This document shows, piece after piece, positions 10,827 through 19,512 of a stretch of 64,000 bases of DNA. The first letter of the stretch is position 1, and the number at the start of each line of letters is the position of its first letter. Position numbers and translations under genes: made by a program. Location of the stretch: assembly GCA_963826225.1 (NCBI GenBank), contig CAWGWF010000006.1, forward strand, positions 28,243 to 92,242, written 5' to 3'. The DNA is from an uncultured Chloroflexia bacterium. Its GTDB lineage: Bacteria; Chloroflexota; Limnocylindria; Limnocylindrales; CSP1-4. Below the pieces are notes generated by a model. It searched no databases, was not told the origin of the DNA, and saw only the letters and a list, made by a program, of their open reading frames with translations.

Positions 10827-11950
10827 GACCCGGTTCCCACGGCCACGCCGGCGTGCCGTGCGTGAGCGGACGTCGTCGAAGCGGTCGTCGTCTCCGGTGC
10901 CGCGCCGGCCGCCCGCACCCGGCGGACGTGCTCGGCGGCGGTCAGCCACATGAGCGTGGACTCGGCGCCCTGGTTGGCGTTGACACCGCCCGGCGTGAGG
11001 CCGTCGTGACACGCCCCGCGAGCGGGGTCGGCCACGGGCACGCCGAGGTCGTTGTCGCCCAGGAACCAGGCGTACGCCCGCTCGAGTGCGACGAGGTAGC
11101 GGCGTTCATGGGTGACCTCGTACGCCACCTCGGACGCGAGGAGCAGCGCGGTCGCCTCGATCGGCTGCTGGTCGAAGCGGGCCTTCTCCCCGCCCCGCGG
11201 CCACCACCCGTTGCCGACCGGGGAGAGGTGACCCCCCGGCGCGATCTGGACGTCGATCAGCCAGTCCAGGACGCGCAGCCCGGTGCCGACCATGGAGGCC
11301 GACCGGAGCTGCCGACCGCCGGCGATCAGCGCCCTGGGCGGCAGGGCGTTCTCGTAGGTGAGCACCGGCTCCGGCCAGGGCCACGCCGAGCCCCGCAGGG
11401 CGACGAACCGCGACTCGAGACCGCTCGCGATGCCATGGGCGGCCGACTCGATCCCGTAGCTCGGCCGCACGGCCAGCACCGCGGTGCAACCCAGCAGCAC
11501 GGATGCCTGCGCCCGGAGCGCGGTCAGCTCTCGCGTTGCCGGCAGGGCACTGGCGAACAGCTCGGCCGCCTCGTCGGACATCGCCGGGTCGGTCCCGTCG
11601 GCCACGAGATCGCCCAGGGCGTGCATGGCCCGGCCCTGGCAGTCCTCGGAGGCCTCGCCCCCGAGCCACGACCCGTCCACGGCCCGGAAGTTGCGGAACC
11701 GCCCCGTGGAGGGATCGAAAGCCGCGACGAGGAAGTCTAGGCTCCGCCGGGCGCGCCCCGAGACGGCGGGCCAGCCCAGCTCACGCCCGTGGAGCAGGTC
11801 CACCTGTAGCGCGCGCGCGACGTCGTCCGTGCAGTAGCCGTGTGCGGGGTCCGGGACCGGCCCCGCAGCGTGCTGCATGATCCCGACCGCGTCGGTGAGG
11901 ACGTCGAGGTGCAGGCGGCTGGCGGGATGGAGCGGTGCCAGCTCACGCAT
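10823..11950 (-). CDS. Glycosyltransferase-associated protein (six-hairpin-like domain often fused to GT4)
   Basis: LTDAVGIMQHA, GYCTDDVARAL, SEDCQGRA, LTYENA, FDQQPIEA, WFLGDND, NQGAESTL. Confidence 0.75.
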   Translation of the reverse strand: MRELAPLHPASRLHLDVLTDAVGIMQHAAGPVPDPAHGYCTDDVARALQVDLLHGRELGWPAVSGRARRSLDFLVAAFDPSTGRFRNFRAVDGSWLGGEASEDCQGRAMHALGDLVADGTDPAMSDEAAELFASALPATRELTALRAQASVLLGCTAVLAVRPSYGIESAAHGIASGLESRFVALRGSAWPWPEPVLTYENALPPRALIAGGRQLRSASMVGTGLRVLDWLIDVQIAPGGHLSPVGNGWWPRGGEKARFDQQPIEATALLLASEVAYEVTHERRYLVALERAYAWFLGDNDLGVPVADPARGACHDGLTPGGVNANQGAESTLMWLTAAEHVRRVRAAGAAPETTTASTTSAHARHAGVAVGTGS

Positions 11951-13106
11951 TGACGGCGACCGGGGTCGGGACCCGAAGGGTCGTCGGCGGCATGACGCTG
12001 ACCCGCTCGAACAGGCGGCGGTACTCGGCGCCAACGGCGGGCCAGGCCATCCGCCGGCTGTGCTCCCAGGCGCGCCGTCCGATGGCGGCGCGCAGCATGC
12101 GATCCCCGAGCACCTCGTTGAGCGCCCCGGCGAGCGCCGGCGGCGAGCCGGGCGGCACGAGCACGCCCCGGCCGTCGGCAAGCAGCTCCGCGGCATAGGC
12201 GTACGGCGTGGAGACCACGACGCGGCCGGCGCCCATTGCGTATGACAGGGTCCCCGAGACGATCTGGTCCAACTGCGGGTAGGGCGTGACGAACACGTCC
12301 GCCGCCTCCAGCCAGCGCGAGAGCTCGGCCTTGCCCACGAAGCGGTCCACGAACCGGACGTGATCCTCCATGCCCAGCCGGCGGACCTGCGCCTCGAGGC
12401 TCCGCCGGTAGGCCTCGCCCTCGTGGCGGACCAGCTCCGGATGGGTCGCGCCAACGACCACGTAGAGCGCCGTCGGGTGGGTCGCGACGACGGCGGGCAG
12501 GGCGTCGATCGCCAGTTCGTAGCCCTTGCCCTGCCCGAGCAGGCCGAAGCTCAGGATGACGGCGCGTCCCTCGACGCCCAGCGATGGCTTGACGGTGTCC
12601 GAGTCCACGAGCGGCAGGTCCGGCACCCCGTGCGGGATGACGTCCAGGCGCCGTCCGTCGACGCCGTAGGCCGTCGTGAGCAGCTGGGCCGCGGATCGCG
12701 ACATGACCACGGTGGCCGCGGAGCGGGCGACCAGGGCGGAGAGGATGGACCGCTGGCGGGCCGTGGGCTGCCGCAGGACCGTGTGGAGCGTGGCGACCGT
12801 CGGCACGCTGAGCGCGCGGACGAAGTCCAGGACGTACTCGCCGTCGTCCCCGCCCCAGATGCCGTACTCGTGCTGGACGGAGACCACGTCCGCGGTCTCC
12901 CCGAGCGTCCGGGCGACGGCGGCGTAGTCCGCGCGCACGTGCTTGCGGATCCGGTGCCGGACCTCGAGCGGGTACGGGGACCCCGTGTCGTCCGGGTGGA
13001 GGGCGACGATCTCGCCCCCGCCGGTCGCGCGCGCCAGGTCCTGGGTGAAGGACGCGATGCCGCAGCGCCGGGGCGGGTAGGTGGAGACGAAGGCGGTGAT
13101 GCCGAT
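11943..13106 (-). CDS. Glycosyltransferase family 4
   Basis: FVSTYPPRRCGIASFT, QHEYGIWGG, TLHTVL, IPHGVP, FGLLGQGKGYE, SGTLSYA; RBS AGGAG is followed by ATC at 13106 rather than ATG. Confidence 0.85.
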   Translation of the reverse strand: MGITAFVSTYPPRRCGIASFTQDLARATGGGEIVALHPDDTGSPYPLEVRHRIRKHVRADYAAVARTLGETADVVSVQHEYGIWGGDDGEYVLDFVRALSVPTVATLHTVLRQPTARQRSILSALVARSAATVVMSRSAAQLLTTAYGVDGRRLDVIPHGVPDLPLVDSDTVKPSLGVEGRAVILSFGLLGQGKGYELAIDALPAVVATHPTALYVVVGATHPELVRHEGEAYRRSLEAQVRRLGMEDHVRFVDRFVGKAELSRWLEAADVFVTPYPQLDQIVSGTLSYAMGAGRVVVSTPYAYAAELLADGRGVLVPPGSPPALAGALNEVLGDRMLRAAIGRRAWEHSRRMAWPAVGAEYRRLFERVSVMPPTTLRVPTPVAVNA

Positions 13107-13272
13107 GGCGGTGCTCCTCTCGAGCGGTCCCGCGGGACGGCGAGGCGGGCCTGCGCAGGGCGCGCGGACACGCGGGCCGTCGGTAGGACAGCCGGCCCGG
13201 ACCTGGAGCCGCGCCGTCGCTGCTGGTGGGGGGATGCCGGCGGCTCGCCCGGATGGGCGAGCCGCGGATGGG

Positions 13273-13476
13273 TCAGACCGCGCGGACGCGGGCTGCCCGG
13301 GCGCCCTTGGGGTTCGACTCGATGTCGAACTCGACGCGCTCGCCGCCGACAAGGCGGTCGAAGTCCATCGAGGAATCGAGGGCGTCGCGATGGAAGAAGT
13401 AGTCCTTCGTATCCTCGCCGGTGATGAAGCCGAAGCCGCGATCGGCGACGATCTTCTTGACGGTACCGGTGGCCAT
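13273..13476 (-). CDS. Cold-shock domain protein
   Basis: MATGTVKKIVADRGFGFI (RNP1), DYFFH (RNP2), KGARAARV; RBS GGAGG. Confidence 0.95.
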   Translation of the reverse strand: MATGTVKKIVADRGFGFITGEDTKDYFFHRDALDSSMDFDRLVGGERVEFDIESNPKGARAARVRAV

Positions 13477-13578
13477 GATGACCTCCACGCTTCCCGAACT
13501 GGGATGGCTGAACGCACGGTCCGTTCGAGAAGGGGGTCGACCACACGGAGCATCGTCGCGAGTCGCGGCGAGGGCGCG

Positions 13579-13587
13579 ATCGTAGCA
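13579..13587 (-). promoter_or_regulatory. Extended -10 promoter of the cold-shock gene
   Basis: TGCTACGAT on the minus strand about 100 nt upstream of the ATG, consistent with long csp 5' UTRs. Confidence 0.4.
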
Positions 13588-13765
13588 CAGGTGTTCGAGA
13601 TCCGGTGACGATCGTCTTGGTCCCGCTCGCCGATTGGGGCATCGACGCGCGTGCGAGGCGCGGCCACGATCGCGGGCACGAGGCGCCGGTCACGGAAGCC
13701 GACCGACGCCCACGGGAGACGAACGATGGCCACGGAAGCACGCGACATCGCGCTACCGGGGTCGC

Positions 13766-14272
13766 GTGGATCGCTACGAGCGCCGGCACGAGCAGGGGCT
13801 TCGCCGTCTGCAGCGCCGGCTGGACGCGGTGCGCGAGATCGAGGAGAAGCGGTCCCGCCAGGCAGCGAAGGCGCATGAGCGCGGCGCGGCCCGCAAGATC
13901 CAGGCAAAGCGGTCCCGGCAGGCGGAGGAGGCCCGGCGCCGGGCGGCCGCGATCGCAGCGGCAATCGAAGGCCTGCGCGCCGCCGCGGCGGTCGCCGAAG
14001 CCCTCGGGGCGCCGGTTTCCGACGTGCCCGACGCCACGGTTCCGGAGGCCGGGGCGCCGGTGGCGGCCACTGCCCCGGAGGCCATCGATCCGGCTGGGGT
14101 CGCCGATGCGCCGAGCACGGCCATCTCCGGGCCGCGCGGCTACTGCCTGCGCGAGCGCGAGTCCGTCGAGCTTGCGGGCGCGAAGGCGGTCGTCATGCGC
14201 AACGGGCGCGCCGGCATCGAGGGCACGTGCCCCAACTGCGGCACGCGGATCGTCCGCTTCGGCCGGCTGTAG
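13766..14272 (+). CDS. DUF5679-like zinc-ribbon protein with N-terminal coiled coil
   Basis: C-terminal GYCLRERESVELAGAKAVVMRNGRAGIEGTCPNCGTRIVRFG; start uncertain. Confidence 0.65.
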   Translation: MDRYERRHEQGLRRLQRRLDAVREIEEKRSRQAAKAHERGAARKIQAKRSRQAEEARRRAAAIAAAIEGLRAAAAVAEALGAPVSDVPDATVPEAGAPVAATAPEAIDPAGVADAPSTAISGPRGYCLRERESVELAGAKAVVMRNGRAGIEGTCPNCGTRIVRFGRL

Positions 14273-14354
14273 CCCGTCGCCGCGGCCCGTCACCGCGGCC
14301 CGGCCACCAGGCGCGCCCCCGCCCGCGCCCCGATCCCGCCGCACAGACCACGGA

Positions 14355-14530
14355 TAAACGTACGAGGCGGCTCCAGAAGGAGCCGCCTCGTGGCTGTCCC
14401 GGTGAAGGTGTCCGCCTAAGCTGACCTTCTGCCACGCTCCAGGATCATCTATCGCGTCGGCTTAACCGACTACCCTAACCCAACCTACCCATGATCCTGA
14501 TGCTGGGGCAGCGCGCTGACTAGCAGCATC
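14355..14530 (-). ncRNA. Candidate structured non-coding RNA, family not recognised
   Basis: Gap between convergent genes, mostly without ORFs in the track; nested stems; putative promoter TTCCCT-17-TAGGAT (14562-14534); terminal hairpin. Confidence 0.55.
14362..14391. terminator. 13-bp perfect hairpin, probable intrinsic terminator
   Basis: ACGAGGCGGCTCC-AGAA-GGAGCCGCCTCGT; followed by ACGTTTAT on the minus strand. Confidence 0.65.
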
Positions 14531-14643
14531 GATATCCTAGCGGGCAGGTGCGGATTAGGGAAGGGTTTTGTTCAACCCTTCGGTGAAAATCCCTTAACCT
14601 TCGTGCGCGGACGTCATGGACCGGGACTGCAGCGCGGGACGCG

Positions 14644-15138
14644 TCAGCCCTCGTCGAGGATCGTCACCGAGGTCATCGCCACCGGCGCGTCCGGCAGGTC
14701 CTTGCCATTGCGCGCCGCGGTCGCGATCGCGTCCACCACCTCGAAGCCCTTCGTGACCTGGCCGAAGATCGTGTACTGCTTGGGCAGCTTGCCCGTCAGG
14801 TCCTGGTGGCAGATGAAGAACTGCGAGCCGTTGGTGTTGGGACCCGCGTTGGCCATCGCGAGCGTGCCCCGGTAGTACTCGCCGGAGATCGGCTCGTCCG
14901 CGAACTTGTACCCGGGTCCGCCGGACCCGACGCGCCCGGCGTTGAGCGACGCCTTCTTGCCGAACTCCCCGTCGCCGCCCTGGATCACGAAGCCCGGGAT
15001 GACGCGGTGGAAGATGACATCGTCGTAGAAGCCCTGCTTCGCGAGGTCGATGAAGTTGCCGGCGGCCTTGGGCGCGCCGTCCGTGAACAGGTCGAGCTCG
15101 ATGTCGCCGGCCTCGGTGGCGATGATGGCGCGGGTCAT
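14644..15138 (-). CDS. Cyclophilin-type peptidyl-prolyl isomerase (cytoplasmic)
   Basis: FHRVIPGFVIQGGD, GTLAMANAGPNTNGSQFFI. Confidence 0.95.
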   Translation of the reverse strand: MTRAIIATEAGDIELDLFTDGAPKAAGNFIDLAKQGFYDDVIFHRVIPGFVIQGGDGEFGKKASLNAGRVGSGGPGYKFADEPISGEYYRGTLAMANAGPNTNGSQFFICHQDLTGKLPKQYTIFGQVTKGFEVVDAIATAARNGKDLPDAPVAMTSVTILDEG

Positions 15139-15181
15139 GGGCGTTCTCCTTGCTGGGGCGGGGGTTCAGGTGCGGTGTGCG

Positions 15182-15912
15182 TCACGGCCTGGTGACCGTG
15201 ACCTCGGCCATGGGCAGCGGCTCCAGCGCCGCGTTCGTTGGCGGGCCCGCGTTGGGCATGGCCGCGATGGCGTCCACCACGTCCATCCCCTCGGTCACGT
15301 GCCGATGATCTGGTAGGTGTTGTACTGGGCAAGCGCCTCCTCGGCGCCGTCGTCGAGGATCACGAAGAACTGCGAGCCGACGGAGTTCGGCTGCGAGGTG
15401 CGGGCCATCGCCACGACGCCGCGTCCGTACTTCGCCGTGACCGGCTCGTCCTGGATGGTGTAGGGCGGGCCGCCGGACCCCATCAGTTCCGGGATCACGT
15501 CCGGGCTGCGGCCGAACTGGCCGTCGCCGCCCTGGATGACGAAGCCCGGGACCAGGCGGTGGAACACGACGTTGTCGTAGTAGCCGCAGTCGGCGAGGGT
15601 CACGAAGTTGCCCGCGGCGATCGGCGACAGCGCGCCCTCGACCTTGATGTCGAAGGAGCCCTTGTCGGTGGTGATCGTCACCGTGGCCGTCTCGTCCGCG
15701 CCCATCGCCGCGGGCTGCTCCCGCGGGCAGCCGGGCGGGAAGGTGGGGCCCGGGTGCGTGGGCGCGGCCGACTCGATGCCGCCCGATGGCGTGGGCGTCG
15801 CAGGCGGGATCGTCGGCAGGCCGGCCGAGCCGCCGCCCGAGCTGCACGCGGCGAGAAGGATGGGGATCGCCAGGGCGGCGAGGGTCCGGGTGGCGAGACG
15901 GTGACGGGTCAT
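15182..15912 (-). CDS. Cyclophilin-type PPIase, lipoprotein; frameshift near 15300
   Basis: Lipobox LLAAC; FHRLVPGFVIQGGD, AMARTSQPNSVGSQFF; C-terminus VTEGMDVVDAIAAMP in another frame. Confidence 0.85.
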
Positions 15913-16610
15913 GCGGCGGCCTCCAGCGCACGGGGGAAGTCGATGGCCCCGGAAAGCAGCGCCTCTCCGAGGATGAGCCCGGCCACGCCGGCGTCGCGCA
16001 TGCGGCGGACGCCGTCGAGGTCGGTGACGCCGCCCGCAACGAGCACGTCGGCGTCGTGACGGCGGACGAGCGATTGCAGCAACCCGGCGTCGGGCGCGCC
16101 GGCGCCATGGGCAAGCACCAGTCGGCGCACGCCGCGCGCCACGAGCTCCTCCACCAGCGCGTCCAGCGGCGGCGGCTCGGGACGGCGCCACGGGAACGCG
16201 GCCAGCCGCTCCGGGCGAGGGTCCAGGCCCACGGCCAGCCAGTCCCCCGCGACCGCGAGGCACTCGCGCAGCGCGTCCGGGCGCTCCACGATCGCCACGG
16301 ACAGCACCACCCGCGTGGCGCCCGCGGCGAACGCGAGGCGGACGTGGTCCGGCTCCTCAAGGCCACCGGCCACCTGGAGCGGCACGGCGACCCGCGCGGC
16401 CACGGCACCGACGGCCTCGAGGTTGGCCGGAGCGGCCCGCCGGGCGCCATCGAAGTCCACGAGGTGCAGGATCCGGGCGCCTTGGGCGACCAACAGCTCC
16501 GCGATCCGCTCCGGGCGGTCGGTCGGGGTGCCGGTGCCGGCGGCGGCGCCGGGCCAGTAGACGAGGCGGGAGCGCCCGCCCGCGAGGTCGATCGCGGGGA
16601 TCACGTCCAT
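15909..16610 (-). CDS. HisA/HisF-family TIM-barrel protein (divergent HisA paralog)
   Basis: VIPAIDL, LHLVDFDGA, LQVAGG, AGATRVVL, LVAGGV, LILGEAL. Confidence 0.75.
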   Translation of the reverse strand: MDVIPAIDLAGGRSRLVYWPGAAAGTGTPTDRPERIAELLVAQGARILHLVDFDGARRAAPANLEAVGAVAARVAVPLQVAGGLEEPDHVRLAFAAGATRVVLSVAIVERPDALRECLAVAGDWLAVGLDPRPERLAAFPWRRPEPPPLDALVEELVARGVRRLVLAHGAGAPDAGLLQSLVRRHDADVLVAGGVTDLDGVRRMRDAGVAGLILGEALLSGAIDFPRALEAAA

Positions 16611-18295
16611 CGCCCGGAGACCCCGTCCTGGAGCAGGCGGCGGTGGAAGCTGATGGGCAGCGAGCCGTTGCGCAGCAGCGTGTCGTGGAAGTCGCGGAGC
16701 GAGAACGCGCCGCCCCGTCGCCGCCCCTCCTCCTCGCGCAGCCCCAGGATCAGGACCTTGCCCAGCAGGTAGCTCAGCTGGTAGCCCGGCGTGTACGTGT
16801 AGCGGCGGACCTCCGCGCGGGCATTCGCAAGCTCGAAACCCGTGTGCTCGACCATGAAGTCGGTCGCCTCCTGGGGCGTCAGCTCGCCGCGGTGCATGCG
16901 CACGTCCAGCACGATCCGGCAGGCGCGCCAGATCGCGTCCGTGTACATCGCCGTCCGGAAGGCCGGGCCGTCGTCGAAGCCCTCCTCGCGCATCATCTGC
17001 TCGGAGTACATGCCCCAGCCCTCGACGAACTCGGGGGCGTCGGTGAGCATCCGGGTCAGCGACGGGTGGCGCGCCGCGACCGCCAGCTGGAGGTGATGGC
17101 CCGGGTACGCCTCGTGGACGCTGGTGTTCGAGATCGAGGCGCGGTAGTGCTCCCGCATCGCGTTGGGGTCGTCGTCCACCGCGGACGTGACGACGTAGAT
17201 GCCCCGCTGATCGGCATCGAACCGCGCGGGCGAGAAGTACGCCGCGAACGGCATCACCGAGCGCAGGTACTCGGGGGTCTCGATGACGTCGATGACCTCG
17301 CCGTCCGGGATGGTGACGAGGTCTCGCTCCAGCAGATGCGCCCGGGCCCGGCGCATCGCGTCCCGGTACCCCTCCAGCGCCTCGGCGAACGTGGCCGGAT
17401 GGTCGGACTTGAGGCGATCGAGAATCGCGGGCAGGTCCGCGTCCGGATCAAGCTCCCGGGCGGCTGCCCGCCGGGCCTCGAGGTTGGCGTGGAGCTGCTC
17501 GAGCCCGATCCCGAGGATCGCGTCCGGATCCAGGTCGCCGAAGGCACGGCGGCGGATCAGCTCCTCGTACAGCTCCGTGCCCAGCGGCCAGTCGTCCGTC
17601 GCGTCCGCGAGGGTCTCCCGGAGCCATCCCCGGTGCGCCTCGAGGGCCGAGCCGGCGCCCGCGATCGCGCGGTCCAGGCGCCGGAGCTCCGCCTCGCCGA
17701 GCACCCCGTCCGCCGCGGTGCGAACCTCGCCGAACAGGGATGGCAGATCCGTGGCGTAGCGGGCGTCCACCTGCTGCCAGATGCCGACCTGGGGTCCGGC
17801 GGCACGCGTCCGCGCCTCGAGCAGGAAGGCCGGGGCCTGCTCCAGCCGTGCCGTGATGTGCTCGAGCCGTTCCGCGAGGGGGGCGGCGCCGCGCGCGAAC
17901 AGGAGGAAGACCGCGTCGCCCAGCTCGCCGGCCGCGGTGGAGCGTCGCTCCCAGCGGCGGATATCGTCCGCCTCGAGCAGTCCCAGCCGGACGTTGTGGA
18001 TCTCGAGGTCCCGCTCGAAGCGCGCTCCGGCGGACAGCCCGGCGGGATCCAGCGCCTCCACGGCGGCCAGGTGCGCACGCTCGGCGGCGATCTCCGCGAG
18101 CACGGCGTCGCGCCCCGGATCCCCCAGGCGGTCGTCTTCGGTGTGGATGCCGAACCCAGTCGCGAGGACGGGGTTGTCCGCCAGCAGCCGGCGGACGCGC
18201 GCCTCGACCAGGTCGTACAGGCGCGCGTCCAGCGGACCCGCGTCGGGGGCGGGGTCCGGTCGCGGGAGCTCGACGCCCGGGAGCTGCCGGGTCAT
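16601..18295 (-). CDS. DUF885 domain protein
   Basis: HEAYPGHHLQ, FVEGWGMYSE, WRACRIVLDVRMH, PGYQLSYLLGK, FSLRDFHD. Confidence 0.9.
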   Translation of the reverse strand: MTRQLPGVELPRPDPAPDAGPLDARLYDLVEARVRRLLADNPVLATGFGIHTEDDRLGDPGRDAVLAEIAAERAHLAAVEALDPAGLSAGARFERDLEIHNVRLGLLEADDIRRWERRSTAAGELGDAVFLLFARGAAPLAERLEHITARLEQAPAFLLEARTRAAGPQVGIWQQVDARYATDLPSLFGEVRTAADGVLGEAELRRLDRAIAGAGSALEAHRGWLRETLADATDDWPLGTELYEELIRRRAFGDLDPDAILGIGLEQLHANLEARRAAARELDPDADLPAILDRLKSDHPATFAEALEGYRDAMRRARAHLLERDLVTIPDGEVIDVIETPEYLRSVMPFAAYFSPARFDADQRGIYVVTSAVDDDPNAMREHYRASISNTSVHEAYPGHHLQLAVAARHPSLTRMLTDAPEFVEGWGMYSEQMMREEGFDDGPAFRTAMYTDAIWRACRIVLDVRMHRGELTPQEATDFMVEHTGFELANARAEVRRYTYTPGYQLSYLLGKVLILGLREEEGRRRGGAFSLRDFHDTLLRNGSLPISFHRRLLQDGVSGRWT

Positions 18296-18308
18296 CGGGC
18301 CGTGGGCG

Positions 18309-19427
18309 TCATCGGGTCGCGCTCGCGGCCGGGGCGGGCGCCGTGTCGCGGAGGGCGCCGGCGACGGCGAGGATCACCTGCTCGACGTCGCGCCCCGTGA
18401 CGCCATGGTGGGTGACCGCTCGGATCTGCCTGTGCGGGTAGGAGACCATCGCCACGCCGCGGGCCCGGAGGGCTTCGAGGAATGCTGATCGATCCCGGTC
18501 CACCCGGAACAGGACGAAGTTCGTCCGTACCCGGGCGGGATCGAGCGGCCCCGTCCCGCCATCCGGCTGGGCGATGTTGCCCGGCGATCGGATCCCGTCC
18601 ATGGTCGAGATCGCCTCCGCCAGGCGCCGCGCGTTCACGTGGTCCTCGGCCAGACGGTCGATCATGCCGGCATCCCCGTCCCGCAGCGCCACCAGGCCCG
18701 CCGCCGCCAGCACGCCGACCTGGCGCATGCCGCCGCCGACCAGCTTGCGCGCGCGCCGCGCCCGGGCGACGAAGTCCGAGCGGCCCACGACCAGCGAGCC
18801 CACCGGGGCCGCCAGCCCCTTGGACAGGCAGAACGAGACCGAGTCCGCCGGCTCGGCGAGCTGCCGGCCGGACACGCCCAGCGCAACGGCGGCGTTGAAG
18901 AGCCGGGCGCCGTCCACGTGGAGGGGCACGCCTCGCTCGTGCGCGATGGCCGCGATCGTGCGTGTGTAGTCCACGGTCAGCGGCTGTCCGCCGGAGTGGG
19001 CGTGCGTGTTCTCGATCACCAGCAGCCCGGTGACGGGCTCGTGGATGTCCTCGCTGTCCCGGAACGCATCCGCAACCTCGGCCGGGTCCAGCGTGCCGTC
19101 CGGTCGCTCGCGCAGCGCGCGGATCGGCGCCCCGACCACGACCGCGTGGTTGCCGGCCTCGTCCACGACGGTATGCGTCTGGTAGCCGGCGATGACCTCG
19201 TGCCCACGTGCGACGTGGGCCATCATCGCGACGAGGTTGGCCATCGTGCCGCTGGCGACGAACAGGCCCGCCTCCTTGCCGAGCAGGTCGGCGGCGCGCT
19301 CCTCCAGGGCGTTGACCGTGGGGTCGTCGCCGAACACGTCGTCGCCCACCTCCGCGGCCGCCATCGCGCGACGCATGTCGTCGGTGGGGTGCGTGACCGT
19401 GTCTGAGCGCAGGTCGATCATGCCCAT
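18309..19427 (-). CDS. ltaE: Low-specificity L-threonine aldolase
   Basis: [50 protein letters not shown] (PLP lysine), GGGMRQ. Confidence 0.9.
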   Translation of the reverse strand: MGMIDLRSDTVTHPTDDMRRAMAAAEVGDDVFGDDPTVNALEERAADLLGKEAGLFVASGTMANLVAMMAHVARGHEVIAGYQTHTVVDEAGNHAVVVGAPIRALRERPDGTLDPAEVADAFRDSEDIHEPVTGLLVIENTHAHSGGQPLTVDYTRTIAAIAHERGVPLHVDGARLFNAAVALGVSGRQLAEPADSVSFCLSKGLAAPVGSLVVGRSDFVARARRARKLVGGGMRQVGVLAAAGLVALRDGDAGMIDRLAEDHVNARRLAEAISTMDGIRSPGNIAQPDGGTGPLDPARVRTNFVLFRVDRDRSAFLEALRARGVAMVSYPHRQIRAVTHHGVTGRDVEQVILAVAGALRDTAPAPAASATR

Positions 19428-19512
19428 GGCCGGGCGAGCATAGCGCGGGTCGCGCGCACGGGAGCCGGCCGGGGTCCTCCCCGCGGGTGTCCCGCCCGGA
19501 GTCGCCGCGCCG

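Noticed and set aside
14471-14490. CCCTAACCC / TTAGGG resembling a telomere repeat or telomerase template
   Set aside because: Single short match and no reverse transcriptase in the window; kept only as part of the ncRNA candidate
14355-14530. Resemblance to IS110 bridge RNA (5' hairpin plus two internally looped stems)
   Set aside because: No IS110 recombinase nearby; only the overall topology is similar
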